The notes under the pieces are model-generated. The model did no database searches, was not told the DNA's origin, and was given only the letters and a program-made list of their open reading frames with translations. 64,000 nt of DNA from Elusimicrobiota bacterium (GTDB lineage Bacteria; Elusimicrobiota; Elusimicrobia; UBA1565), in contig JBDRPD010000105.1 in the NCBI GenBank assembly GCA_043827405.1, forward strand, positions 51,295 through 115,294, given 5' to 3'. Positions 34,076 through 42,844 of the stretch are shown one piece after another; the stretch's first letter is position 1; each line of letters begins with the position of its first letter. A program made the translations under genes and the position numbers.

Positions 34076-36322
34076 ATGCCCGGTAAACCTGCAAACGGCC
34101 GTTGGAGGAAAACCTCGCTTTTCCTCCATCTTACCCCGCTCGGCGGCAGCGTCAGGCGGGTTTTCCCCTTCCTCGGCTGGTTTCGCGGCTATTCTTTGTC
34201 CAAGCTGCGGTCCGACTTTTTCTCCGGCATTACGGTGGCGCTGGTTCTGATTCCCCAGTCCATGGCCTATGCCCAGCTGGCCGGACTGCCTCCTCATTAC
34301 GGGCTCTTCGCCGCCTTCCTGCCGCCAATGGTCGCTTCGCTGTTCGGCTCCAGCCGGCAGCTGGCCACCGGACCGGTCGCGGTGGTCTCGCTGATGACCG
34401 CGACCGCTCTCGAGCCTTTCGCCACCGCCGGCAGCGAATCCTTCATCGCCTACGCGATGCTCCTCGCGCTGCTGGTCGGGGCGTTCCAGTTCTCTCTCGG
34501 CGTTCTGCGTCTGGGCCTGGTGGTTAACTTCCTGTCGCATCCGGTGGTCAACGGCTTTACCAACGCCGCCGCCTTGATCATCGCCTCTTCTCAGCTCTCG
34601 AAGCTGTTCGGCGTCTACGTCGACAAGGCGGACCACCATTACGAGACCATCATCAATGTCTTCCGGGCGGCGCTGGAATATACCCACTGGCCGACCCTCG
34701 CTCTTGCGGTGCTCGCCTTCATGATCCTGTGGGGCCTCAAGCGGCTGAATCCCAAAATTCCCAATGTGCTGGTCTGCGTCGTCGTCACTACCGTCATCGC
34801 GAAGGTCATCGGCTTTGAGCAGAACCATACGGCGCCGCTTGACGCGATCAGAGTGCCGGAAGTCCGGCAGCGGGTCAGGAAGTTTAACCAGGCCTTGGCC
34901 GACTTCGAGCGGCTCAGCGCCGAACGGATCGAGCTTGTCGCGAAAAGCAAGGAGCAGGAGAAGAAGCATGCGCTGGGCCATGCGGATGTTTTGACGCTCC
35001 AGCATGAGATCAGTCTCCACCATCTGGCGATCAAGGAGCTGAAGGATGAGATATTTTTCGATCGCGCCTATCTCCGTTCTGTCCATTTAGCGGCGGTCGG
35101 AGATGGCGACGACGGCCGAAGATTCTATTTTGTGGGACGGCTTTCCCCCAAGCCGCGTGACGAGATTCGGCACTGGCGCATCAAGGTCGGGAACGAGCCG
35201 ATAGACGAGAAAATGGTCAAATTTACCGGCGGCGGCGCGGTGGTCGGAGTCATCCCGCGGGGACTGCCCCGGTTCAAGACGCCGAAGATCGATCTGGCGA
35301 TGATCTTCAGCCTCCTGCCTATGGCCGTCATCATTTCTTTGCTCGGCTTCATGGAGGCGATCTCCATCGCCAAGGCGATGGCCGCCAAGAGCGGTCAGCG
35401 TCTGGACCCCAACCAGGAGCTGATCGGCCAGGGTTTGGCCAATATCGCCGGCTCGTTCGGCCAAAGCTATCCGGTGAGCGGTTCTTTTTCCCGTTCCGCG
35501 GTCAACTTTCAGGCCGGCGCGGTCAGCGGGCTCTCCAACGTGTTCAGCGCCGGTCTGGTGGTAGTTACGCTGCTGTTTTTTACCCCGCTGCTCTATCATC
35601 TGCCGCAAGCCGTTCTGGCGGCCATCATTATGATGGCGGTGATCGGCCTTATTAATATCCGCGGCTTCATTCATGCTTGGCAGGCGCAGAAGCATGACGG
35701 GATCGTCGTGCTGATTACCTTCATCGCGACTTTGGCTTTCGCGCCGCATTTGGACCGCGGCATCTTTATCGGGGTGGCCTTGTCGGTTGCCTTCTATCTT
35801 TATCGGACCATGAAGCCCGATATCGCGATCCTGTCCAAGTACTCGGATGGCGCCTATCGCGCATCAAGCCGTTTTAATTTGGAGCGCTGCAAGTATATCG
35901 CCGTGATTCGCTGCAACAGTTCTCTGTTTTTCGCCAACGTAAACTATCTCGAGGAGGAGATCCTTGACCGGGTCGCGAGCATGCCCCGGCTTAAGCATGT
36001 GCACATCGTGGGCAACGGCATCAATGAGCTCGACGCCTCGGGCGAGGGCCTCCTGTCGATGATAGTCGACCGCATGCGCGAGGCCGGTTTCGGCCTATCC
36101 CTCTCCGGGCTCAACGACGGGGTGCTTGACGTCATGCGGCGCACCGGGCTGTATGAGAAGATCGGGGAGGAGAACCTTTATCGCAGCGTCACCTTCACCC
36201 TGGAAAACATTTATCGGAGATGCCATGACGGTTCCGACGAAGAGTCATGTCCGCTGGTGAATGTGGTATTCAAGGGTCTGCCGGTCTCGAGCGGGAAGAA
36301 GAAATCCAAGCGTGAGGATTAG
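34076..36322 (+). CDS. sulP: SulP/SLC26 sulfate permease with STAS domain
   Basis: GITVALVLIPQSMAYAQLAGLP, NQELIGQGLAN and SGSFSRSAVN; STAS domain. Confidence 0.9.
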   Translation: MPGKPANGRWRKTSLFLHLTPLGGSVRRVFPFLGWFRGYSLSKLRSDFFSGITVALVLIPQSMAYAQLAGLPPHYGLFAAFLPPMVASLFGSSRQLATGPVAVVSLMTATALEPFATAGSESFIAYAMLLALLVGAFQFSLGVLRLGLVVNFLSHPVVNGFTNAAALIIASSQLSKLFGVYVDKADHHYETIINVFRAALEYTHWPTLALAVLAFMILWGLKRLNPKIPNVLVCVVVTTVIAKVIGFEQNHTAPLDAIRVPEVRQRVRKFNQALADFERLSAERIELVAKSKEQEKKHALGHADVLTLQHEISLHHLAIKELKDEIFFDRAYLRSVHLAAVGDGDDGRRFYFVGRLSPKPRDEIRHWRIKVGNEPIDEKMVKFTGGGAVVGVIPRGLPRFKTPKIDLAMIFSLLPMAVIISLLGFMEAISIAKAMAAKSGQRLDPNQELIGQGLANIAGSFGQSYPVSGSFSRSAVNFQAGAVSGLSNVFSAGLVVVTLLFFTPLLYHLPQAVLAAIIMMAVIGLINIRGFIHAWQAQKHDGIVVLITFIATLAFAPHLDRGIFIGVALSVAFYLYRTMKPDIAILSKYSDGAYRASSRFNLERCKYIAVIRCNSSLFFANVNYLEEEILDRVASMPRLKHVHIVGNGINELDASGEGLLSMIVDRMREAGFGLSLSGLNDGVLDVMRRTGLYEKIGEENLYRSVTFTLENIYRRCHDGSDEESCPLVNVVFKGLPVSSGKKKSKRED

Positions 36323-36325
36323 GTT

Positions 36326-36721
36326 ATGGATCTAATGGAGATCAAACAGACAGAAGAGAAGACGTTCAGCATCGAGATCAGAGGCCATAAGGTCATCACC
36401 GACATGCACAAGGAGGACGGCGGCGGCGATATCGGCATGAACCCGCTTGAGCTGATGGTCGGTTCTTTGGGCGGCTGCATCGGCTTGAAACTGCAGCAAT
36501 ACTGCCGGGCGCATGATCTGCCGTCCGAAGGGATCGTGGTCAATGCGGTGACGACTCTGGCGTCCAAGCCGGTGCGCATCGCCAATATCGCGATCGATAT
36601 CACTTTGCCCGAAGGATTCCCCAAGGAGAAGCGTGATGCGGCGCTGCGGGTCGCGCATACCTGTCCCATCCACGCGACGCTGAAAAATCCCCCGGAGCTG
36701 GATATCGAGATCGTCTCTTAG
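36326..36721 (+). CDS. OsmC-family protein
   Basis: GGGDIGMNPLELMVGSLGGC ... CPIHATL. Confidence 0.85.
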   Translation: MDLMEIKQTEEKTFSIEIRGHKVITDMHKEDGGGDIGMNPLELMVGSLGGCIGLKLQQYCRAHDLPSEGIVVNAVTTLASKPVRIANIAIDITLPEGFPKEKRDAALRVAHTCPIHATLKNPPELDIEIVS

Positions 36722-37272
36722 GCGGGAGGGTTCTTCGCGACCTTCTCGATATTGCAGACTTTGTACAGCTCGTGGAGCATCTCCACGGTGCGCGCCACGC
36801 CCACGACTTTCCCGTTCTTCATCACGGGGAGGAAGCTGGAGTCCGAGTCCACGATCTTATTCATCATCTTGACGATGTCGTCCTCGTAGTCTACGGTGTC
36901 CGTGATGGGGCGCATGACATCGGTTACCGAGCGCTTGAAGTTGCCCAGTACCTTGTCGATGATAATGTCCAGCTGGGGTTCATCGTCGCCGCTTAGATAG
37001 CCGGGCAGCATGAGATTGGCGAGGCCTTCCGGGTCCAACCCTCTCAGGATGTCGCGGCGCCGTACCTTGCCCATCAGCTCGTGCTTCTCGTTAAAGACAA
37101 GGATCACGCGCGGCAGTGATTTTTTACCGTCGATTTCCAGCTGGAATTTCTCCATTTCCGTCAGCGCCTGACAGAGGCTGTAGGTATGCGGGATATGGGG
37201 ATACTCGTCCAACGGAATCATCAAATCTTTTGCTTTTTCCAGCTCCATTTCTTTTACCTCTTGTCCGGTCAT
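36718..37272 (-). CDS. CBS-domain protein
   Basis: AKDLMIPLDEYP, VTDVMRP and LPVMKNGKVVGVAR. Confidence 0.8.
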   Translation of the reverse strand: MTGQEVKEMELEKAKDLMIPLDEYPHIPHTYSLCQALTEMEKFQLEIDGKKSLPRVILVFNEKHELMGKVRRRDILRGLDPEGLANLMLPGYLSGDDEPQLDIIIDKVLGNFKRSVTDVMRPITDTVDYEDDIVKMMNKIVDSDSSFLPVMKNGKVVGVARTVEMLHELYKVCNIEKVAKNPPA

Positions 37273-37430
37273 TATGGTAAGAAAATGCGCCCTTCTTGTC
37301 TATATAGCGCAGTTTATTGGGATAGGCCCTTAGGCCTAGATGCGGATGGGCCATAATCCTCATGATTTTATTCATGATCCGGGCCATAATAATGCAAGTA
37401 AACTGCGTCGTTGGATATCGAAAGAAGAAG

Positions 37431-37456
37431 CAAGGCGAGGACCTGGTCCCGCCTTG
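37431..37456. terminator. Possible bidirectional intrinsic terminator
   Basis: CAAGGCG(A)GGAC-CTG-GTCCCGCCTTG with T-rich tails on both strands. Confidence 0.55.
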
Positions 37457-37513
37457 TTTTTCTTTGCAGGGGGTATTAAGGAAGGGAAAGCCCTCGTGCG
37501 AAGAAAAGCTTTA

Positions 37514-38854
37514 TTAATTAGTCTTTTTCTTCAAGTCCAGGCTTAGCGCTTCGATTGATTCCATAAACCGCTTCAGCTGCTGGCTGCGGAGCGCGGGACG
37601 GTCATAGGTGTATACGGCCGTGATGATGTAATTGCGGCCGAGGATCGTGAAGTAGTCATGGTGGGCGTCCGACCGGCTGGTTTCACGGCCGGCGATGCCG
37701 TTGCAGATATCCACTGAACGGCCATTGTGCTTCGCCCGGGTCGTTTTGAAGCCGGCTTTTTTGCATTGGGACCGGGCGTTCGTTTCTCTCCAGCCCTGCG
37801 TGTCCTTTGCGAAGTGAAACATTTGAACGCGGAATCCCTGCCGCGCCCAATGCGCGAACATCTCGCGTCCTGCCATGTATTCGAAATCTTTCAGCTTTTG
37901 CGTTATCCAGCCGGAATCGCCGATCACGAATGTGCCGCTTTCCTTCTCCTCGTCTTTCGGCTTCGGATGCGCCTTCTCTTCCGCGTCCTTGAGCATCTCG
38001 AGCCCGCTTTGCCGTTCCTCCTTGTCCTCGCGCCCGAGGGGGCGTCTGCTCGGGCGCACGCTGGGCGCCACTTCAATTTTCTCCGCTCCGGGCAGGCTGT
38101 TCATGCCGCGCGCGGAAACGCCGCTGACGATGGCCGGCCAGGCCGCCGAACCCCAGGGGCGTACCGAGCCGGCCGGTGCGGCAAAGCCCGGCATCCAATG
38201 CTCTACGTAGATCTCGCGCGCGATGGCGCCGGTATGCGACCAGAGGCTTATCCATTCGCCCAGCGCCGGCGCTGCGGTGGTAAGGATGTTCGGATACCGC
38301 TGCGCAAGGATTGCCGAGTTGATTCCGACGGCTGTCAGGCGGTCCACCGGCGTCGCTCCCCGCAGGGGCGTGTTCGGCGCCGCCGTCGCGGCGGCACGGA
38401 CCGCAAAGCCCGCCGCAAAGCCATGCGCGATAATATGTACGCGTCCGCCGCGGCCGGATTTTATGAGGATGCGGGAAAACGGCTCCAGGAACTCCCGCTC
38501 CTGCGCCGGGGCCAGCGCGCCGAGGGGCCAGACCACGGTGTCGTGCTCCCGCTGCAGGGCGCGCAGGAACGCTCCGCTGCCTTCCTCGGAGAACCATTTC
38601 TCCCACAAGCTGCCGGAGGCGGAATCGGCAGGCAGGGCGAAAGGATCCGTGCCGGAATAGTTTGTTGTGAGAACGAACGTGATGACGCGGCTTTCCATGG
38701 CCGGGCCTTCCGCCGCCCAGCGCAGCGCGATGCGGTCCGCCGCGGCCGCGATCTCGTCGACCGGCAGCGGCCGGTCGCGTTCGCTCCGGCGCCAGGTCAG
38801 AAAGATCGCCGCCGCCAGGATGCCAGCGAGCGAAATGAGCGCAAAACCTTTCAT
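37514..38854 (-). CDS. Hypothetical membrane-anchored/secreted protein
   Basis: MKGFALISLAGILAAAIFLTW anchor; VHIIAHGFAAG resembles an alpha/beta-hydrolase elbow without the Ser. Confidence 0.55.
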   Translation of the reverse strand: MKGFALISLAGILAAAIFLTWRRSERDRPLPVDEIAAAADRIALRWAAEGPAMESRVITFVLTTNYSGTDPFALPADSASGSLWEKWFSEEGSGAFLRALQREHDTVVWPLGALAPAQEREFLEPFSRILIKSGRGGRVHIIAHGFAAGFAVRAAATAAPNTPLRGATPVDRLTAVGINSAILAQRYPNILTTAAPALGEWISLWSHTGAIAREIYVEHWMPGFAAPAGSVRPWGSAAWPAIVSGVSARGMNSLPGAEKIEVAPSVRPSRRPLGREDKEERQSGLEMLKDAEEKAHPKPKDEEKESGTFVIGDSGWITQKLKDFEYMAGREMFAHWARQGFRVQMFHFAKDTQGWRETNARSQCKKAGFKTTRAKHNGRSVDICNGIAGRETSRSDAHHDYFTILGRNYIITAVYTYDRPALRSQQLKRFMESIEALSLDLKKKTN

Positions 38855-39155
38855 GGACGCATAATGATAGCAATCTGTCCGCGCATCGCTCGAGTTTTGG
38901 TGCGCGCGACGCGCTGCCGGAAAAAATTTTCTGCGCGTTCTGCGCAAAAATAAATCATCAGGCCGGATTTTAATTGCGCGCATGAAATATCTCGGCAGGT
39001 CCGATGGCGTGCCGCGGTTCCGATTGGTCTATTATTTCTCGTCGAGAAAATGAATATTTCTTCGCCGCGGCGCCGGTTTGGGAAAAACTTTTCAGCAAAA
39101 TAAATTCCGCGGAGAATTTTTTTTAAAATATATTTTGTTTTTTTGAAAATAAGTC

Positions 39156-39184
39156 TTTACAAATCGCGCTACACCTGTTATATT
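39156..39184 (+). promoter_or_regulatory. sigma70 promoter with AT-rich upstream element
   Basis: TTTACA-17 bp-TATATT. Confidence 0.6.
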
Positions 39185-39304
39185 GTTGACGTTGCTCTTA
39201 CGTTACAAGAAATTTTTCGCGTAACTTTGAGTAGCGAACGAGCGGCGGAGTAAGAAGGACTGAGCTCCAAGACCGCACTGAAAAAAACCAAACGAGGTTA
39301 CTGA

Positions 39305-39391
39305 ATGGCTAAGAAAAAGAAGGCGGCCAAGAAACCGGCAAAAAAGAAGGCTGCGAAGAAGAAAAAGGTAGCGAAGAAGAAGAAGAAGTAG
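39305..39391 (+). CDS. Lysine-rich histone-H1-like microprotein (28 aa)
   Basis: MAKKKKAAKKPAKKKAAKKKKVAKKKKK; GAGG RBS; own promoter and terminator. Confidence 0.7.
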   Translation: MAKKKKAAKKPAKKKAAKKKKVAKKKKK

Positions 39392-39415
39392 TCTTCCATT
39401 CAGCAACGTACTCTA

Positions 39416-39443
39416 GGAGAGCCTCCACGCATGGAGGCTCTCC
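39416..39443 (+). terminator. Hairpin after the microprotein gene
   Basis: GGAGAGCCTCCA-CGCA-TGGAGGCTCTCC (12-bp stem). Confidence 0.65.
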
Positions 39444-39506
39444 GTGCGTTCGGCCGGTCTAGTCCCCCCCCGTGACCCCGACGAGAGACTTAGGTGTAAT
39501 GTCAGG

Positions 39507-40616
39507 ATGAAGCTCTCCCCGCCTGATCCGCGCGCCGCGCTCGCTGCGGCAAAGCTCTTGCTCTCTCTGCCGACGGCGCCGTACCATGAGCATCGGGTAC
39601 GGACGGAGCTGCGCCGCTTCCTGAGCGCGGCGGGCATCCGTTCGCGAACCGACGCCTACGGCAATCTTATCGCGCGCTACCGGCGCGGCAAAGCGGCGCC
39701 GATCGCTTTCGCCGCGCACATGGATCATCCCGGTTTTGAGATTATTTCCTGCCGCGGGGAATCCGCGGCGGCGCGGTGGAACGGACAAGTCCCGCCGTTC
39801 GATATGCGCGGGTTGGAGTTGGCGCTGTGGTCGGCTGACGGCCGCCGCCGCCGCGGCTGCGCGCGCGTGCTGGACGGAGACGGCCGCCGGCCTCGGGCGC
39901 GGGCCGCGCGGCTTTGCCTGCGCGTCCCGGCGGAAACGCGGGCCGGCGACTTCGGCTATGCGGACGTCACGCCCTTTCGTCTTTCGGGAAACCGCATCGT
40001 CGGGAAGTCGCTGGACAATGGCGGCGGCTGCGCGGCGATCGCCGCGACGCTGGCGCATCTGGCGAGCCGGCGGCTTCCGGGCGACGTGACGGCGCTGTTT
40101 ACCCGCGCTGAAGAGGTGGGTTTTTTGGGCGCGGCGGGCGCGATCAGCGGCGCCTCCGTGCCGCCGACGCGTCCGCTCATCGTGCTTGAGTGCAGCCGGG
40201 AGATGCCGGGTGCGGTGCAGGGCGCGGGCCCGGTGATCCGGGTCGGTGATCGGCTGCGGGTCTTTGATCCCGATTTGATTCTCGCTTGCGAGGAGACGGC
40301 CCGGGCGCTGGCCAAGCGCCGGAGTTCTTTCTGTTATCAGCGGCGCCTGATGGACGGCGGCGCCTGCGAGTCCAGCCTGTTCAGCTTAAGCGGCTACCGG
40401 ACCGCCTGCTTAGCCTTTCCCCTGCGCAACTACCATAACATCGGCCGCCGCGGCCTCGCGGCGGAATGCATCGACCGCCGGGATTTTATCAACGGTGTCG
40501 ACTGCCTCGCGGCGTTCTCGGCTCTGGGCGTGCATCCCGCGCCGGAGCGGCGCCGGACTGCCGCCGCCATTCGCCGACGCATCGGTTCGCCGGACCGGCT
40601 CAAGGAAAGCGCGTAA
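39507..40616 (+). CDS. M42/M20-type metallopeptidase
   Basis: DAYGNL, AHMDHPG, LDNGGG, AEEVG and NYHN. Confidence 0.75.
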   Translation: MKLSPPDPRAALAAAKLLLSLPTAPYHEHRVRTELRRFLSAAGIRSRTDAYGNLIARYRRGKAAPIAFAAHMDHPGFEIISCRGESAAARWNGQVPPFDMRGLELALWSADGRRRRGCARVLDGDGRRPRARAARLCLRVPAETRAGDFGYADVTPFRLSGNRIVGKSLDNGGGCAAIAATLAHLASRRLPGDVTALFTRAEEVGFLGAAGAISGASVPPTRPLIVLECSREMPGAVQGAGPVIRVGDRLRVFDPDLILACEETARALAKRRSSFCYQRRLMDGGACESSLFSLSGYRTACLAFPLRNYHNIGRRGLAAECIDRRDFINGVDCLAAFSALGVHPAPERRRTAAAIRRRIGSPDRLKESA

Positions 40617-40631
40617 GGAGGACGGCGCAGG

Positions 40632-41027
40632 CTACGGGCTCTGCGCAGTGACGACTTCTTTGCTGCGCGCGTCTTCGATCATCCAGACCCAGCGCGTGCC
40701 GTATATGTCGGCGCCGGCGGCGCGCTTGCGCAGGGTATAGCGACGGCCCTCCTGGCAGGTGAACGCCAGCTTGAAGGACTTTTCGTTGTTGGTCGCGCCG
40801 AACGTGTAGGTGTGCTTGCCGGGCGCGACCTGGACCTGCTTGATTACGTCGCTGAGGAAGGTCCCTTTCCCCTTCTGTCTCTCGCCGTCCACGACCTCGA
40901 TCGTGCGGTTTTCGGTGGCGTCGACGGTGCAGACGCCCTTGCCTGCTTGGCCGCCGCCGAGCAGAGAACCGGACGCGCAGCCGGCTGCCGCGCTCGCGAG
41001 GATGAGGAGAAGGATAACTCTGTCCAT
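40632..41027 (-). CDS. Hypothetical lipoprotein
   Basis: MDRVILLLILASAAAGC lipobox. Confidence 0.65.
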   Translation of the reverse strand: MDRVILLLILASAAAGCASGSLLGGGQAGKGVCTVDATENRTIEVVDGERQKGKGTFLSDVIKQVQVAPGKHTYTFGATNNEKSFKLAFTCQEGRRYTLRKRAAGADIYGTRWVWMIEDARSKEVVTAQSP

Positions 41028-41052
41028 GGTCCGTCCCAAACTAAAGAAAGAA

Positions 41053-41136
41053 TGCGCAGGGGGGGACTCGAACCCCCAAGGGATCACTCCCACACGCACC
41101 TCAAACGTGCGCGTCTGCCAGTTCCGCCACCTGCGC
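41053..41136 (-). tRNA. tRNA-Leu(GAG)
   Basis: Cloverleaf GCGCAGG...CACGT-TTGAGGT-GCGTG, long variable arm, GGTTCGAGTCC; CCA not encoded; lies downstream of secG. Confidence 0.95.
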
Positions 41137-41147
41137 AGAAAACGAGG

Positions 41148-41510
41148 CTACTTCCCCGGAGCCGGAGCCGGTACATCGGCGCCGCTGTCCGGAGCTTGCT
41201 CGGCTTTCGCCGGCTGAGCCGGCGCCGTCTGCTGGCCGGCCGGCACGGGGATCTTCAGCACCTTTCCCGTCACGCTCTGCAGGCCGGGCCGGCTGGAGAT
41301 CAGAGTGAGCATTAGCGATGTTACGGCGAACGTCGTCGCCAAGACCACCGTGGCCTTTTTCAGGGCGCTTGAGCCGCCGGGCGAAGCGAACAGCGTGTCC
41401 CCCCCGCCGCCGAATATCGCGAAGCCGGCTCCTCTGCCGGCCTGAAGCAGTACGAGCAAAATAAGCAGCAGGCAGGCCGCCATATGAATGATCAGCAAAA
41501 AGTTATGCAT
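41148..41510 (-). CDS. secG: Preprotein translocase subunit SecG
   Basis: LVLLQAGRGAG...FGGGG, two TM helices, tRNA-Leu synteny. Confidence 0.9.
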   Translation of the reverse strand: MHNFLLIIHMAACLLLILLVLLQAGRGAGFAIFGGGGDTLFASPGGSSALKKATVVLATTFAVTSLMLTLISSRPGLQSVTGKVLKIPVPAGQQTAPAQPAKAEQAPDSGADVPAPAPGK

Positions 41511-41556
41511 AACACAGGAAGTATACTAGTTGCGGGTGGTGCGGGTCAAAAGCGCT

Positions 41557-42753
41557 TTAAGCGGCCTCCGCGAGCGCCTGCAGGCCGGGCAGGACGGCTC
41601 CCTCGAGAAACTTGAGGCTGGCGCCGCCTCCCGTCGAGCAGTGCGTGACTTTCCCCTTCAGCCCGGCGGCGCTCATTACCGCGAGACTGTCCCCGCCGCC
41701 GACGATTGTGGTGGCGCCGGCTTCCGTCGCTTCCGCCAGCGCCTCGGCGATGGCCAGGCTGCCGGCGGCAAACGGCTTCTTTTCGAACACTCCCATCGGA
41801 CCGTTCCAGAAGATGGTTCTCGCTTCAAGTATTTTTTCCGTGAACAGCTCGATCGTTCGGGGACCGATGTCGGCGCCCAGCATCTCGGTGTTGATCGCCA
41901 TTCCCTGGCTGGGCTGGGTCTTGGCGTCATCGCTGATCTCCGCCGCCATGAGGTGGTCCGCCGGCATCAGCAGTTCGACATTCTTGGAGAACGCCGCGGC
42001 GATGATCTCTTCCGCGTCCTTCAGCCGCTCCGTTTCGAGCAGCGATTTGCCGATCGAGATCCCCTGCGTTTGCAGGAAAGTGTAGGACATCGCGCCGCCG
42101 ATCAGCAGCGTGTCGACGCGGTCGAGGAGCCGTCGGATCACCTTGAGCTTGTCGGAGACCTTCGCTCCGCCCAGGATGGCCACGAACGGCCGTACCGGGT
42201 TGCCGATGCTGCGGTCAAGAAACTCAAGTTCTTTCTGGACCAGGAAGCCGATTCCCCCCCCCTTCAGGTGCTTGGGGATGCCGGTCGTTGAGCTGTGGGC
42301 GCGATGCAGGGTGCCGAAGGCATCCTGGATGAAGATGTCCCCGTGCTTCGCGAGCTGAGCGGAGAAGGCGTCGTCGTTGGCCTCCTCGCCCGGATGGAAG
42401 CGCAGGTTCTCCAGCAGCGCGATCTCGCCGGGTTTGAGCGCGGAAATGACGCTGTCCGCCGCCTCGCCCAGGCAGTCTGACGCAAAATGGACCTTCGTGC
42501 CGATGAGCTCGCCGAGCTTTTTAGCGACGGGACGCAGGCTGAATTCCTCGACCGGCTTGCCCTTGGGGCGTCCGAGATGGGACATCAGCACGATCTTCGC
42601 CTCGGCCTGGATCATGTGCTTCAGGGTCGGCAGCGTCTCGGTTATGCGCGTCGTATCGCCGACCTCTCCGTTCTTGAACGGAACGTTGTAGTCGACCCGG
42701 ACAAGAACGCGTTTGCCGCGGATATCGATATCCTGCAGTCGCGTAAGCTTCAT
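41557..42753 (-). CDS. pgk: Phosphoglycerate kinase
   Basis: RVDYNVP, SHLGRP, LLENLRF, WNGPMGVFE and STGGGASL. Confidence 0.97.
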   Translation of the reverse strand: MKLTRLQDIDIRGKRVLVRVDYNVPFKNGEVGDTTRITETLPTLKHMIQAEAKIVLMSHLGRPKGKPVEEFSLRPVAKKLGELIGTKVHFASDCLGEAADSVISALKPGEIALLENLRFHPGEEANDDAFSAQLAKHGDIFIQDAFGTLHRAHSSTTGIPKHLKGGGIGFLVQKELEFLDRSIGNPVRPFVAILGGAKVSDKLKVIRRLLDRVDTLLIGGAMSYTFLQTQGISIGKSLLETERLKDAEEIIAAAFSKNVELLMPADHLMAAEISDDAKTQPSQGMAINTEMLGADIGPRTIELFTEKILEARTIFWNGPMGVFEKKPFAAGSLAIAEALAEATEAGATTIVGGGDSLAVMSAAGLKGKVTHCSTGGGASLKFLEGAVLPGLQALAEAA

Positions 42754-42787
42754 GGCGTCTCCCTAATAGGTCCTCAGAGTCTCGCGC

Positions 42788-42820
42788 CTGCGCGCGGCCC
42801 CGTTCGGGGGCCGCGCGCAG
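42788..42820 (-). terminator. Strong hairpin between gap and pgk
   Basis: CTGCGCGCGGCCCC-GTTCG-GGGGCCGCGCGCAG. Confidence 0.6.
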
Positions 42821-42844
42821 CGTCAGGAATAATAAACGGTCCGG

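Noticed and set aside
38900..39155. AT-rich region as a possible replication origin
   Set aside because: No DnaA-box cluster or dnaA-type neighbours seen; better explained by divergent promoters
39203..39406. 67-aa Leu/Phe-rich minus-strand ORF
   Set aside because: Reverse complement of the Lys-rich microgene; promoter, RBS and terminator all support the plus strand
41053..41136. tRNA as an island integration site
   Set aside because: No duplicated tRNA 3' end or integrase found in the window for either tRNA
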